Origin: Octopus vulgaris | Taxonomy: Eukaryota | Length of the DNA stretch: 64,000 nt | Assembly: GCA_951406725.2 (NCBI GenBank) | Contig: OX597830.1 | Span: 8,866,001 to 8,930,000, forward strand | Direction of reading: 5' to 3' | In this document: in pieces, positions 43,801 to 57,999 of the stretch | Layout: the number at the start of each line of letters is the position of its first letter | Position numbering within the stretch: position 1 is the stretch's first letter | Notes under the pieces: model-generated | The model's input: only the letters and a program-made list of their open reading frames with translations | Database searches by the model: none | What the model was told of the DNA's origin: nothing | Made by a program: the position numbers and the translations under genes

Positions 43801-44347
43801 ACCACAAGTAACATTTCCTACATGAGCCACTATCTTCATGCCCTGTTGAACATCACTGCCTGGCCATTCAGACTTTCATAGACTCCATTCTGATGCAAAC
43901 CAGGTGGTCTGATTCGAGGATATTCTCTTCCCTCCAGCCTACCAATTTCAGAGACATTGTAAAGGCCTTTGAGATATGGTCCTTCCCTTCAGGCAGAGAC
44001 CCGACCTACATAGGTGAAGTGTGAGTATACCATCAAATAATGATCAACTGTGGCATGTCGGAGTATAGTGTGTGATGGAGGAATCTTAGGTCAGTTTAGA
44101 TGATGATGAGGAGTTGGTTGTCTGATCACCAGAATTACCTGTCATCCTTCATCTGTATTACTTGTTTCAGTCATGAGACTGTGGCCATGCTGGGGCACCA
44201 CCTTGAAGAATTTTAGCCAAAAATTGAACCCAGTGCTACATCTTTTCTTTTTAAAGCCTGGTACTTATTCTATTGGTCTCTCTTGCCAAACTGCTAAGTT
44301 ACAGGGATGTAAACAAACCAGCACTGGTTGTCAAATGGTGGTGGTGG

Positions 44348-44398
<51 letters not shown>

Positions 44399-45359
44399 TA
44401 TATATATGATGGGTTTCTTTCAGTTTCCATCTACTAAGTTCACTCACAAGGCTTTGGTAAGCCCAAAGCTTTAGTAGAAGACACTTACCCAAGGTGCCAT
44501 GCAGTGGGACTGAACCCGGGAACCATCATGTCCGTACCTTTTAAATTAACATCTAAGTAGCTGAATACCCCACAGACACATGTTCTCTTAGCACAAGTCT
44601 CAGACAGACTCAGTGTGCATTTCACAAGAATGTAAACCTTCAGAATTAAAGGAACAATCCAGCTGACCGGTTTCGATATCTTTCAAAATACATGGATTCA
44701 CTCAACTCTATAGAAAATTACATTTACATGAGATGATAAGCAGGAGGATTGAACCTGGGACCTTGAAGTTGCAAAGCAAACTTCTTAACCATTTGGCCAT
44801 GCTATGGCTATTTAAACATTTTGTGGTGGTGGCGGTTCTCGGGTATATCCAGAACAACAGATCCATGGTGGCACCTTGTTGTTTGTACAACCAAACCATC
44901 TGCTAGTGATATAGGTCTGCTGGATTAGGGATTAGGGATAACCTATAACTGCACAACAACAAAGAAGTGAACTCTGTCAATACAGAATGAATCATTTGCA
45001 AATAAACTACCATGAGTGGCTAATAAGATTTGAACTCCTGATCCACAGATTTATAGCCTAATATTGTACGTTTGCCCATTTTACTTATGTTCTAATAGCT
45101 ATAGCTGCACTCACCCTTCACAAAACTGGATCCATGCTCAACAACCATATGCAACTGGATCCGCACATTACATTTATCATATGCAACTGGATCCACACTC
45201 AACGCTTATTGCACACAACTAGCTCCACCCTGTACAATCGTTACATAAGACTAGCTCTACCAGTTAAGAGGAGGCAATGTGAGAGAAGCTCATGCTATGG
45301 TCAGCTCTAAAAAGTTTACATTGCAATAATTTGCTCTACATTTCCACTTTGGTATCAGT

Positions 45360-45810
45360 TACCATATATATATTAACATAATTAATAACTCCCTTTGTAT
45401 ATCATTTACACAGACATAAACATAATTAATTCCCCTTTTTACCATTTGCCCAGACAATATTTATACATAAATTAACATAATTAATTTCACTTGTGTACCA
45501 TTTACATATTAACATGGCTTTAACATAATTCCATTTCTATATCATTTTCATGATACCTTGATGTTAACATATACATTAACAGAATACCATTTGCATATCA
45601 TTTACATATTATGGTATTAGCACTCACACATTAACATAATTCCATTTGCATATCATTTACATATAAGCATGGTACCAGCATTTACACATAAACATATTTC
45701 CATTTGCATATCATTTACATATTACCATGATATTAAAATGTACATATACATTATCATAATTAATTTGACTTGTATATTATCTTACTTATTACAATGCTAA
45801 TAACATGCAA
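45360..45810. repeat. Degenerate AT-rich minisatellite
   Basis: Recurrent TTAACATAATTCCATTTGCATATCATTTACA-like units. Confidence 0.65.
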
Positions 45811-46817
45811 ATTACAGTAACAGTCCTTTGTTTTGCCACTAATTATTTTGTTAATTAAAGTGGTTTAATTAAAGTGTTTTAGCAATCATTAACAGAACAG
45901 TAATAATCCATCATTTTACCATTGTCAAAGAGTGGTAATGTTACCATTACTACCATCATTGTTTCCATAGTAACATTTTCTTTTTACTTGCTTAAACAAT
46001 TCTTTTATAAATATTTCACTGACTGACTTTTGAAGTATAGAATCCTTTTTTTGTTTATTGTTTGAACCCTTTAGATGGATTTATTTGTCTTTAGTGAGGA
46101 CTTGGTAAGGAAATGTCACAGACCAAACACCCTGAAATTGCTATACTCTAGCTTAGCCATGACCAGACTATAAATTCTTTAATGATGTGGGGTCTTTGGG
46201 TGAGCAGGACAGTTTTCTACTTTCACTTTCACATGTGAAGCTATCATACATAGCATCTAGCCAGCTCAACTTGGTAGGGAAGTAATATGGTACGTTAACT
46301 GACGAAGTGAGCTGACTGCAATGTGTTGTGTAACTGACCCTTTAGGCTTATGTAATTATAGTCAGCTTTCTGAAACACGTGTATATTATACAAAGCATAA
46401 ATACTAGTTATGTTTTCTGCATTCCATTTTCTATATGGAATGCACACTCTGCACAGAAGCTGATCTGGAGTCATAGAGGTTGCGTGGAAACTTTTTGGTA
46501 AAGTGTCAAGTCTTCTGGAGCACGTGCTGGATTATACATACATGTGTGTGAGTATGTTTTTATTCATACACACAGTGTCTTTTAGATTTGTTTAAGAATT
46601 ATATTAGAAATGTAATTTGTCTCAATACAAGGAATATTTTTGGTTAATTCAACTTTTTTAGGATCAAGCTAACATAATATTGCCATGCTTCAGGTTAGGC
46701 AGGAAGGACAATTTACATTTCAGTTTGTAATAATTGTTGTTGTTGTTGTTTAGTTCTAAGCCATCTTTGATTCAACAGACCCATGATCTAAAACACTGCA
46801 ACCATTCTGTCCTCCGT

Positions 46818-47282
46818 CAACCCTTTACCATTCAGATTTCTCTGTCAAATGTTTATTTATTCACATTGTCTTGAATTGTATCTTGTAGCTTTGAGATTTC
46901 AGTGAGATGGATTGAATATTTCTAGAATTAAATTTTAAAGAAGGTCTGCGAGGCCAGATCTGACCACTTTGAACATAAAACGGGTAGAATGTTTGGGTTG
47001 GATATGGCCAGTTTAAGGGTTAAGCTGCTTATCTTCAACGTCTCCTTTCTTGTTAAGCCCTTTTGATACAAACTCAAACAAGACTACTTAGTTCTGTGAT
47101 ACAAATTTTGTCTTTTAAAGTAATCTGAATTAAAATTTTCCATCAAAATTTTTCATTAATTCTTGTTCCAAACACCAGCTTTGTAAAGACAGTTATTTTC
47201 ACCAAATTCTTCATTATTTCCAAGATTAATTGAAACAAAGGAAGGGAATTTCAGCAGAAATGTGGTAAACAAAAGGGATAAT
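46818..47282. mobile_element. Two adjacent piggyBac-like MITE remnants
   Basis: Ends (T)AACCCTTT...AAGGGTTAA and TTAAGCCCTTTTG...CAAAAGGGATAA. A related fragment lies at about 55010-55157. Confidence 0.5.
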
Positions 47283-48278
47283 CCCAGATAAGCCTTCATC
47301 CAACAGAGATATGATCAGTAACCATTCCAGTTTCTGTTTTGATAAAATGTATTGACAATCCTATAATCTAATGTGACCCATTTTTTGTAAGACAGAAAAT
47401 AGTTTGAGAGTGATTTGGCTGCTATGTCTAGCAAGTAAAATGTATTTGTCGTCAGTTTATAATATGTTGTTGCTGCTTTTGTGTGAGTTCCAAAGTGGTT
47501 GTCAGAGAAAATTCTGTATTCTTCGAGAGCAGTCTGTTCATAAACTGTTGAAAGTACAATTAGTGTCTGAGCCATTGACTGATTCTTCCTGACAAACCAC
47601 TGATATTTCTCTTGGAATTGTGGCTAATGTAGCAGCGTTCCATTTCTGATAATGAGTTTTGTTACCATTTTCATGAGTTTTCTGTCTTTGACAAAGTCTG
47701 AGAACAGACAGTGCTGCTCCAGGTTCCAATAACATAGAAGAAATAACATGCTTCAGCAAGAGTACCTTAGACATTTCTTGACATCTTTTAACGGTTGTCA
47801 TTGTTTAACCCTCGGTCAGTCAGGCTATGATCAGATCTTCCAGCTGTGACTAAACTGTCGTTTTATACGTCCAACATTATTATGCAACAGCCTTTCCCTT
47901 TTTTTTCTTAAGGGTAGTAGTGTGTATTCTGAGGGATATTTGGCTGCTATTATCACTTGGTTGTATAACTGTAGAGAGGCCAACTTCATAGCATTTTAAT
48001 GATTTCTGTTAATGACATCACACAAGTTTTTTTTTTTTGCGGGGTGGGGATCAGGGGATTAATTAGTGTGGGTGAGATTGGACAGTGTGTGTGTGTGTGT
48101 ATATGTATGTATATATATATATATATGTGTACATATATACATATTTAAAAAATGTTATTTTTCAGTGTTTACAAATAACATGGAAAAAATAGTTACCAGG
48201 GTAGCAAAAATTCACACAAGTACCAAGGATATAACAGCCTACTTATAAAGGTAGAAATTCTAGGTTTTGGTGAAATGT

Positions 48279-48383
48279 TTTTGTATAACATAGATAAATA
48301 AATGGAGTTAGACACAGGTGTTATCAAAAGATTTGAATAACACCTGCGTTTAACTCCATTTATTTATATATATATATACAAAA
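48279..48383. repeat. Imperfect fold-back with ~50-bp arms (MITE-like)
   Basis: ATAAATAAATGGAGTTAGACACAGGTGTTAT / ATAACACCTGCGTTTAACTCCATTTATTTAT. Confidence 0.8.
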
Positions 48384-50342
48384 TGTAAAATAACAGGTAT
48401 TTATGCTTTATATACTGTACACATGTTTTATATGCACTTAAATATCCAATTATATAAGATATACAGCTGACCCTTTGATTGGTCCAATCTAGAATTATGA
48501 AGACTGTCAAACCACACCAGAGATACAAGCTGGGTATGGAATTGATCTACTGGGCCCATAAATTTTGGTAATCTGTCGCACTTTCTGGCACACTCTTTTG
48601 AAAATATACACGTGTGATCATTTAATGTCTGTTTTCGATGTTGGCATGGGTTAAACGATTTGATAGGATTCAACTAAGAGCAGAACTGCGACAGGAGCCA
48701 ATGTCTGCTTTGGCATGGTTTCTATGGTTAGACGCCCTTCCTAGTGCCAACCGTTTTATATTGTGTACAAAGTGTTCTTTTTCATGATATAATCTTTGAA
48801 AATGCATTGCTGATTCTTCAGTTTCCCACAAACTCTCTTGGAGGCCAAGGCAAGGAATGGTTTCAGTGTTCAGTTTCTCTTAATGCTTGTATTTTTCTGA
48901 TCGTGCTTCCTTAGCACCGTTTCTTCCTGGTTCACTGATTTCTTTGACAGACTCTATACGTAATGTTTATAGATATTGATTTCAAATTTTGGCACAAGGC
49001 CAGCGATTTTGGAGGAGGTTAGGAAGTCAATTACATTGCCCCCAGTGTTTAGCTGGTACTTACTTTACAGACCTTGAAAGAAAAGTCAACCTTGGCGGCA
49101 TTTGAATTCAGAATGCAAAGTCAGAATAAATGCCATTACACATTTTGTCTGGAATGGAAACAGTTCTGCCAGCTTGCTTCCTTATGATGTTTATAGATAT
49201 TATCATCATTCTATGTCCACTTTTCCATGCCTGCATGGGTCAGATGGAAGATATATAGATAGATATGTCCACACATAATTTAGTTCTTTTACATTTAAAG
49301 AATTATGTATCTCAAAATGGCATTGACTGATGGAAGCAACAATATTGTGGTCACTTATGATGGTGAATAGATTTGGTTATTTTCGTTTTTGGCACGATTA
49401 GCTCTCATTCAAATTTTTTTTTTTTTTTAGATATTTTCTGATTTATCAAGAAATTATTTTTCAAATGAATACTGTTTTTGTTTTTCTTTGATTTTGCTGC
49501 AACACAAGGACAAATATTATATAGGAAGACATGTTTAGTTAAGGGGCAACACCAATATATTACTGGTATTTGATGTGTTCAATCCAGAGATGAAAACACA
49601 AAATCAATCATGAGACTAGGAGATGGATTTCAAAACGTTCAGGTATTAAAGGTTATGGTTGAAAATTCCATGTTCTACCAGGTACACAAATGCATACATA
49701 TTCATAGTGTTGAGGTTTTGATATGTAAATTGTAAAATGCTTTGTACATTTACATGATAAACGGTATAGCATGTGTATGTATGGAGATAACTGTGTTTAA
49801 ATCCGAACAAGCAGCACATGGAAATATAATATATGCATGTGGAAATCCTTGATTCTCAAGAACATATGCAAAGCCATTCTATGGACTTAACTTCAGTAAT
49901 CAGATATATATATATATTGTGGGTTAACAAGGCTACCAATGGTTTCATGCAGAAGAAATTTCTCAGTTATCAAACCTAGCACATGAGAACTTCAGTATCC
50001 ATCTTTTATATATATATATATCACTGTGACTGACCAAGCTATCAGATGTTGCTAGACATCACTAGTCACAATGCGCTTCGCATTGTTTTAGCCTTCAAAT
50101 GATGCCACCCTGCTGGCTAAGCAAGCAGGCCAATATATATATGTTTATACTTACATATATGTTTATATATAACAAATTTGACCATCTTATATGTAATTTA
50201 TGTGATATGTACAAATACTTCAATAGCAAGTCTGAATAGAGGGTCACTGAAATGGTTAACATCATTTGAACTCGCAAACTGTAGATTCATAGTTTTTGAT
50301 ACTTTTAACACTTTACCACTGAACCTTCTCATTAGACTTCCA

Positions 50343-50348
50343 TTTATT
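50343..50348 (-). terminator. Candidate polyadenylation signal of gene 2
   Basis: AATAAA on the minus strand about 440 nt after the stop codon. Confidence 0.4.
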
Positions 50349-50385
50349 GCATATTTCACTTTTTAGATCTAGTGAGGTGGTTATT

Positions 50386-50451
50386 GATTGGAGGTGTGGC
50401 CTGTGGTGATTGGAGGTGTGGCCTGTGGTGATTGGAGGTATGGCCTGTGTT
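50386..50451. repeat. 22-bp minisatellite x3 in the 3' UTR of gene 2
   Basis: GATTGGAGGTGTGGCCTGTGGT x3, with further degenerate copies to about 50770. Confidence 0.85.
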
Positions 50452-50787
50452 GAGTGGGTATGTATAGTCTTGATTAGATGAGAGGACATGGTCCATGTTG
50501 ATTGAAAGTGCAGTCTGTATTGATTGAGGGTGTGATCTCAAGTAACTAGATGAGAGGGTGTGGCCTGTAATAATTAGGGTGTGGCCTCTGTTTAAGAGTA
50601 TCACTTATATTGAGATTGCAGTTGTGGTCTGTATTAGTTTTCTTAGCCTTGTATTATAATTCCATTTACATCTGGGATACTTTACAGGAACTGTATAGAC
50701 CAAGGGTATGGTCTGCATCATTGATTAGGAGGGAGGGTGGTTCTGTACTGACTGGGAAGAGGTGGGGTCTATAACACCTTCCTGAGT

Positions 50788-51468
50788 TTACAGTTCCGTA
50801 GCTTCTTCATTGGTCTGTCCTTCATGGAAGACAACTGTTAAATTTAAATCTTTATTCATTGGTGGCCGTCCTGGGTCATTATCTTCTGGAGTTCGACTGT
50901 GTCGTGACCTGGATGAAGAATGACTTTCTCTGTCAACATGGGAACTAGGTCGTGACCTCGAGTGACCTTCCCGATCACCATGGGAACCTGATCGATGTTG
51001 ATGAGAATGAGAACTGCTGCCACCACTACGCGCGTCGCTGTGTCGAGATCTATGTGATGGTCGATAGTTTCCACCTTGCTCGGGTGTCCTGTCTGTCCGT
51101 GAGTAATGATGGGTGTGTCTTGACCGGTGGACTGGTGTATAGCTACCATAGTCACTATCTTCATGTTGGTTGTATGCCCGTCGTCCTGAGTGCACCGGTG
51201 TGTAAGAGCCAGATGTAGGACTGTCTGTGGTTGTTGGACTCTGCCAGTTAGATGACCGGTCATGTCTATGATGTCTGTGGCCAGAATGATCAGTCTCTGC
51301 ACGTTTGGAGTGATGCCCAGGAGTGTCACTGTCCACTCCATGTCTGCTGGAGTGTTGCCCTGGAGTGTCGCTGTCCACTCCATGCCTACTGGTGTGGTGT
51401 CCAGGAGTGTCACCTTCCAGCCCATGTCTACTTGCGTGATGTCCTGGAGTGTCACTCTCTGCTCCAGG
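50788..51468 (-). CDS. Gene 2 terminal coding exon (His/Ser/Arg-rich repeats, ends ...EGQTNEEATEL*)
   Basis: Acceptor TTTTTCTTTTAG|, phase 0. 681 nt open to TAA, extending the track ORF 50788..51378. GC-richer than its flanks. Confidence 0.87.
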   Translation of the reverse strand, partial: PGAESDTPGHHASRHGLEGDTPGHHTSRHGVDSDTPGQHSSRHGVDSDTPGHHSKRAETDHSGHRHHRHDRSSNWQSPTTTDSPTSGSYTPVHSGRRAYNQHEDSDYGSYTPVHRSRHTHHYSRTDRTPEQGGNYRPSHRSRHSDARSGGSSSHSHQHRSGSHGDREGHSRSRPSSHVDRESHSSSRSRHSRTPEDNDPGRPPMNKDLNLTVVFHEGQTNEEATEL

Positions 51469-52412
51469 CTAAAAGAAAAATAAATAAAGAAAAACAATAA
51501 TAAAAATAAATATTGATTCATCAGATAGTCAAATGACTACAAATTTGGAGGGGTGGGGCATAGATGGAGTACAAATACAAACTGAAATATATAAAGGGGT
51601 GCCGAAAGGTTCCTGGTTTTGGGTAAAAGAAAATAGAGAAGGATCAATTATGATTTTATTCAACTTATTCCCTTCCCAAATTCACACACTTATTGCAGCG
51701 GTCCTTCAGTTTTTCTAAGCCCTGTGAAAGAACTCGGAAAGTTGGGCCTCCAACTAGGCCTTTCACGAAACCCTTAAAGTTGAGAACTTTTCAGCACTCC
51801 TTTTTGTGTGTATTTTCACATGAACACATACACACAGTCACACATATTTAACATTAATATTTATTTCTTTACTACCCACATGGGGCTAAACACAGAGAGG
51901 ACAAACAAGGACAGACAAACGGATTACGTCGATTATATCGACCCAGTGCGCATCTGGTACTTAATTTATCGACCCCGAAGGGATGAAAGGTAAAGTTGAC
52001 CATGGCGGAATTTGAACTCAGAACATAACGGCAGACGAAATACGGCTACGCATTTCGCCCGACGTGCTAACGGTTCTGCCAGCTCACTGCCTTATTTAAC
52101 ATTAATATCACATACTTAGTATCTTATGATGTGTGTGTTGTTTAAATGGTAGGAGCTGCAGTTTTTTTAACCAGGAAATCTCTTTCTAAAGATGTATATA
52201 GAGTTAAAAAAAAACAAAACAAAGACATAACATACTTCAAAGACAGGTGAAACAAATCCATCCCAGAATTGTACAGGAACAGCAGACCATTAGTGAGGTG
52301 AGTTGGCATTGGTAAGCAGCCATAAAGTTAGTATCTGCCAATCTCATTCACTTCCGATAGCCTAATGAGCTTGAAGGGGTTAACGCAGGACTTTAAGAAA
52401 CGCTTTACTTAC

Positions 52413-52479
52413 CTCTGAGCAATAAGAAATTCTAGTCACATGTTCATTATGGGATCTTGGTCTTCTGGATTCTGGAGTT
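52413..52479 (-). CDS. Gene 2 internal exon (TPESRRPRSHNEHVTRISYCSE)
   Basis: Acceptor TTATATTGTAG|, donor GAG|GTAAGT, 67 nt, phase 2-0. Confidence 0.83.
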
Positions 52480-52761
52480 CTACAATATAACGAGATACAT
52501 GATTAACATAATTAAAATATAACACTGCAGGCAGAATATAAGCCATATGCAAATTTTTTCAAATAAGCAAGCCACTCCCTTCTTACCACTTTTACAATTA
52601 ATGATATTTATATTACGGAGATGTACTTGCATAGCGAGTGGCTTGATCTAAGATCGTGTGCTGGAACGAAAACAATTGCAGCGTGGAAAATATTTTGACA
52701 AATTAAATTTAAATGTTGAAGTGAATCTAACGGTTTTGTGTTTCTTAAATGATTTTTACTC

Positions 52762-52964
52762 ATTTACTCGTTTCAGTCATTTGACTGCGGCCATGCTGGA
52801 GCACCGCCTTTTAGTCAAGCAAATTGACCCTAGGACTTATTCTTTGTAAGCCCAGTACTTATTCTATCGGTCTCTTTTGCCGAACCGCTAAGTGACAGGG
52901 ACGTAAACACACCAGCATCGGTTGTCAAGCAATGCTAGGGGGACAAACAGACACACAAACATAT

Positions 52965-53015
<51 letters not shown>

Positions 53016-53180
53016 TACGACAGGCTTCTTTCAGTTTCCGTCTACCAAATCAACCCACAAGGTTTTGGTCAGCCCGAGACTATAGCAGAAGACACTTGCC
53101 CAAGGTGCCACGCAGTGGGACTGAACCCGGAACCATGTGGTTGGTAAGCAAGCTACTTACCACACAGCCACTCCTGCGCC
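52762..53180 (-). mobile_element. SINE family B, young full-length copy in a gene 2 intron
   Basis: Close reverse-complement match to 35171-35561, with CpGs retained. Confidence 0.88.
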
Positions 53181-54579
53181 TATATATTTACTACAGTAAA
53201 CAGATTTGTTGGCTGCCACGACAAATCCAGTCAGTTTTAACAGATAGCCTGACATAACGTGGCTGGCATTATAAAACAACAACAACAAATAACTGCACAA
53301 TAACTGCTTACAAAAAGTGCAGCATTCATGGAATGTTCAATATAGTCTCTTGGAAAAAACAAAAAAATTCCAGGAAGTGTTAAAATCCATGAATGCTGTT
53401 GTTTTTGTAAAGCCATTATTGGGCAGTTATTTGTTGTTGTTTTAAGTATTGGCACATTTGTACACTTTACTCCCTCTCTTTTACTGGTTTCAGTCATGTG
53501 ACTGTGGTCATGCTGGAGCACTGCCTTTAGCGAGCAAATTGACCCCAGGACTTATTCTTTGTAAGCCTAGTACTTATTGTATCGGTCTCTTTTGCCAAAC
53601 CGCTAAGTGACGGGGACGTAAACACACCAGCATTGGTTGTCAAGCGATGTTGGGGGACAAACACAGACACACAAACAGATACACACACACATATGTATAT
53701 ATAAATATACATGACGGGCTTCTTTCAGTTTCCATCTACCAAATCCACTCACAAGGCTTTGGTCAGCCCGAGGCTATAGTAGAAGAATGAAGCTAGCATG
53801 ATCAGCTGGATGTGTAATGTGAGTGTGCATACACGACAGAGTGTAAGTGCCCTGAGAGAAAAGTTGGATTTAAGAAGCATCAGATGTGGTGTGCAAGAGA
53901 GATGACTGCTCGTGAATGAATGAGGACAGCTGTCTGAAAAAGTGTCACACCTTAGCAGTTGAGGGAACCTGTGGAAGAGGTAGACCCAGGAAAACCTGGG
54001 ATGAGGTGGTGAAGCACAACCTTTGAACATTAGGCCTTACCGAAGCAATGACTAGTGACCGGGACCTTTGGAGATATGCTGTGCTTGAGAAGACCCAACA
54101 AGCCAAGTGAGATCATAGCCCATGGCCTATGCCAGTGGGTGTAACCAGCCCATTTATGAATACCCTCAATCATTGGAGAATAAACCTTGCTTGTGAAGAC
54201 CTGTTGGGGCAAGTGAAATCAATATATACATCACAACAATTCTCACTGCAGTATACCAATATATGCCACACAACAATATTTGTAGTAATAAATATATAGT
54301 GTGCAAGTTGTGTAGTAACATGTCAATATTTACACTACACAACAATCTCTACTGTGATATACCAATATATATACACACCACAACAACCTCTGTAGTGATA
54401 TACAGAGATATACACCACATAACAAAGAACTATAATTCCAAATAATCATTTAATCTGAGACGTGGCACAGTGGTCCCTGCCAAACAACAAGATGTGAACC
54501 AATCCACAACTAGGCAACACTACAACAGTAACAACAGCTCTATTAAAAGACAGAAGCCCAAAAGAATTTTTTTACTTAC

Positions 54580-54623
54580 CCAACGGGAACGGCAGATCTG
54601 GTATGTCTGGAGGAAGAGGGAGT
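54580..54623 (-). CDS. Gene 2 short internal exon (TPSSSRHTRSAVPVG)
   Basis: Acceptor TTTCCTTCTTCAG|, donor GG|GTAAGT, 44 nt, phase 0-2. It supplies the phase change needed between the flanking exons. Confidence 0.82.
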
Positions 54624-57103
54624 CTGAAGAAGGAAACAATGTATTACAGGTATTATATAAGAATACAATGTCAGAAAACAAGATTTCTTTGAATTTATTT
54701 GATACTCCTGTGTGATTTCTTAACATTATTTGATACTCTTTTCAGTATTGTTAGTTGATACTCTATGTCAAGTCTGTTATTTGATACACTCATAAGTCTG
54801 TATGATATTAATTGATACTTCCTGTTAAATCTCATTAACAAGTCTGATTGGACTGAAAAATCTGATGTTACAAATCATCCAGAAACAGCCTGTTTCTAAC
54901 TATAATTAATTACCACATCATTAGTAGCAGTTTGAATATATTAATCAGAAGAGATAATACTTTGACATGTGGTCCAGAGTTGTAACTCTGATGAGACTAA
55001 GGTGCCATTTAACCTTTTAGCATTTAATCTGGCCATATTCAGCCCAAATATTCTACCTGTTTTATGTTAGAACTGACCATATCCAACTTTTCACACCTAC
55101 CCTACAATGTCATTATAAAGATATACCAACATACTATTGAAATCTTAAAGCTACAGGATGTGTACTATTTTACTTGTTTCAGTTATTTGCCTGCAGCCAT
55201 GCTGGAGCACTGCCTTTAGTCAAGGAAATCGACCACAGGACTTATTCTTTGTAAGCCTAGTACTTATTCTATTGGTCTCTTTAGCCGAACTGCTAAGTTA
55301 TGGGGATGTAAATACACCAGCATCGGTTGCCAAGCGATGTTGGGGGGACAAACACAGTCACACAAACACACACACATATATATATACATATACAAATATA
55401 TGACGGGCTTCTTTTCAGTTTCCATGGACCAAATCCATTCATAAGGCTTTGGTTGGCCATGCAGTGGGACCATGCAGTTGGTTGGCCATGCAGTGGGACT
55501 GAACCCAGAACCATGTGGTTGGTAAGCAAGCTACTTACCATACAGCCACTGATGCACCTATTAATTTGAATAAATTAAAACAATTTCTCCCTGTTCCTTG
55601 CTGTCTCCCACTCTCTCTCTCTCTCTTTTTCTTGCTTTCCCCTCTGGCTGGATAACCACGTATCTCCTTTACAGCAGCACAACTCCTGTCCTCATTCTTG
55701 GTATCTTCTCTCTCTCTCTGGCTGGGTAACCATGTACATTCTTTTCAGCAAGACATATTTCTGTTTCCCTGTCACACTCCAATCTTTCATCATCTGGCAC
55801 AAGATCATCTCCTCCAATGCCCCCTCCCCTCTCAAAGGATCTTTGATTTGCAAGTTACTTGGTAACTCTGCCAGTACTGGCGCCAAGTAAAAAGCATCCA
55901 GTCCTCACTGTAAAGTGGTTGGCATTTGGAAGGGCATCCAGCTGTAAAAAAAACCATACCAAAACTAACCTTGCTTGTGCTTGTGCCATGTAAAAAGCAC
56001 TGTCCACTCTGCTTGGTGGGTGGCAGGTGTTAAGAAGGGCATCCAACTATGAGGACCGTGCCAAAACAGAAACAGAAGTCTGGTGCAGTCTTCTGCCTGG
56101 CCAGCTCCCGTCAAACCATCCAACCCATGCCAGCATGGAAAACAGATGTTAAACGATGATGATGGATGTAAATAAATAAGCGTTTCATTTGACAGAGTTG
56201 TCTGAATGCAAAAGGGTCAAACCTATATCGCTGAATGTATTTGGAGAAAAACACAATGAACAGGAAGTGAGTTCCAGAATAAAGGCTGCTCTGAGAAAGA
56301 TGGTATAGCTGTGTGATTAAGAAGACTGCTTCACAATCATGTGGATCCAGGTTCAATCCCACTGCACAGCACCTGTGACAAATAGTGTTTTTTTACCATG
56401 AACTCAAGTTGGATGAGACTTTGTGATGGGAAATTATTAGTAAAAACTCTGCAGAAGCCTGTGCTGTATATATATTTTATATGTGTGTATATATGTTTAT
56501 ATATGCCAGTATGGAAAATGGATATTAGCTGATGATGTGTATATGTATGCATGAATATATACATATTTTTTCTTTTTTTTCTTTTACTTGTTTCAGTCAT
56601 TTGACCGCGGCAATGCTGGAGCACCGCCTTTAGTTGAGTGAATCGACCCCAGAGTTTATTGTTTGTAAGCCTAGTACTTATTCTATCAGTCTCTTTTGCC
56701 AAACTGTTAAGTTACGGGGACATAAACACACCAGCATCAGTTGTCAAGCGATGTTGGGGGGACAAACACAGGCACACACACACACACATATATATATACG
56801 ATTGGCTTCTTTCAGTTTCTGTCTACTAAATCCATGCACAAGGCTTTGGTCAACCCAAGGCTATAGTAGAAGACACTTGCCCAAGGTGCCATGCAGTGGG
56901 ACTGAATCCATGACTATGTGGTTGGTAAGCAAGCTACTTACCACACAGCCACTCCTACATATATATATAGTGGTTTGGAATTTAACTGCTCTTTCTAGCG
57001 TGCAAGGAGTCCTATTATGTACAACTCTTATGTGTTTAAATGTCCAACAACTGAAACAAGTAAAAAGATAAGAAAGAATGCTGTTATTAGGAAGGTGACT
57101 TAC

Positions 57104-57170
57104 CTTATGACTCATTGATGGGTCTTGTGTTATAGTAGGGGAAGGTTCCACCGTTTCAGTAGTTTGGTAT
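57104..57170 (-). CDS. Gene 2 internal exon (YQTTETVEPSPTITQDPSMSHK)
   Basis: Acceptor TTGTTGTTACAG|, donor AAG|GTAAGT, 67 nt, phase 2-0. Confidence 0.85.
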
Positions 57171-57999
57171 CTGTAACAACAAGCAAAATAGTCCATTCAT
57201 AATTGCAAACCTTTTTCTTGAAAAATATGAAGAAATCTTAATATGAATTCTACCAAAGAATACTTCAAATTAATATTTAATAATCTGTTTGTTCGTTCAC
57301 CTGTTATACTTTTGTTAGAGAGCGGGGAGAGAAATGTGAGTAGAGAAGATACTGGCAGGCTTATAGTCATTGATGATGGCCAAACTGAAATACTAATCAA
57401 AAATAATTCAGGTTACATGGCATGAAATATCTTAGAGATATTCCACATATCTCATATGATTGTTATAAGGCCATTTTAGAAAAGAACGATCACTGTTATG
57501 AAAAATGGATTGTTTACAAGAATGTGTAATGAAAACAGGAAACGAAATAAACCACCTTTCACTCAAAAAGCTGATCAGTGTCTGAAAAAGGTGATGATTT
57601 GTATCTGGTGGGTTTACAAGGTGTCTTGTGTATTTTGAGCTCCTTCTACAAAACTGGATGTAAAATTCAGACAATTATTGTTTGCAATCACACCATGTAA
57701 AGGTGAGTGGCTGTGAGTGCATACCATTGATAATGCCCAATGAGGCTGAAATGCATCTGGTGTTCTCACCAAATGACAGCTAACTCAGTAGATATACAAC
57801 TGACATTATATTAAAATAATTACAGGTGTGCACAGATTCTGAGTTAGCTAATATTTCAGGTAAGTAAATACAGGTAACCCAATAATAAGTATTCACCATC
57901 AATGACCTAACTATTTAACTCTTCTCTAATGGCAGCTGAGCACTCAGTGGATAAGATGTCACTAAAGTAATCAGAGATAACTCATTAATTAGTACTCAC

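Noticed and set aside
44922-44940. Telomere-like TTAGGG pair
   Set aside because: Only two copies, not perfectly tandem; expected by chance.
47315-47801. Two overlapping minus-strand ORFs in unique sequence
   Set aside because: No consistent splice sites or recognisable motifs.
50856-51521. 221-aa overlapping ORF in an alternative frame of the terminal exon
   Set aside because: It starts in the intron's polypyrimidine tract and is out of phase with the upstream exons. Codon variation in the repeats is synonymous in the DTPG frame, so this is a shadow ORF.
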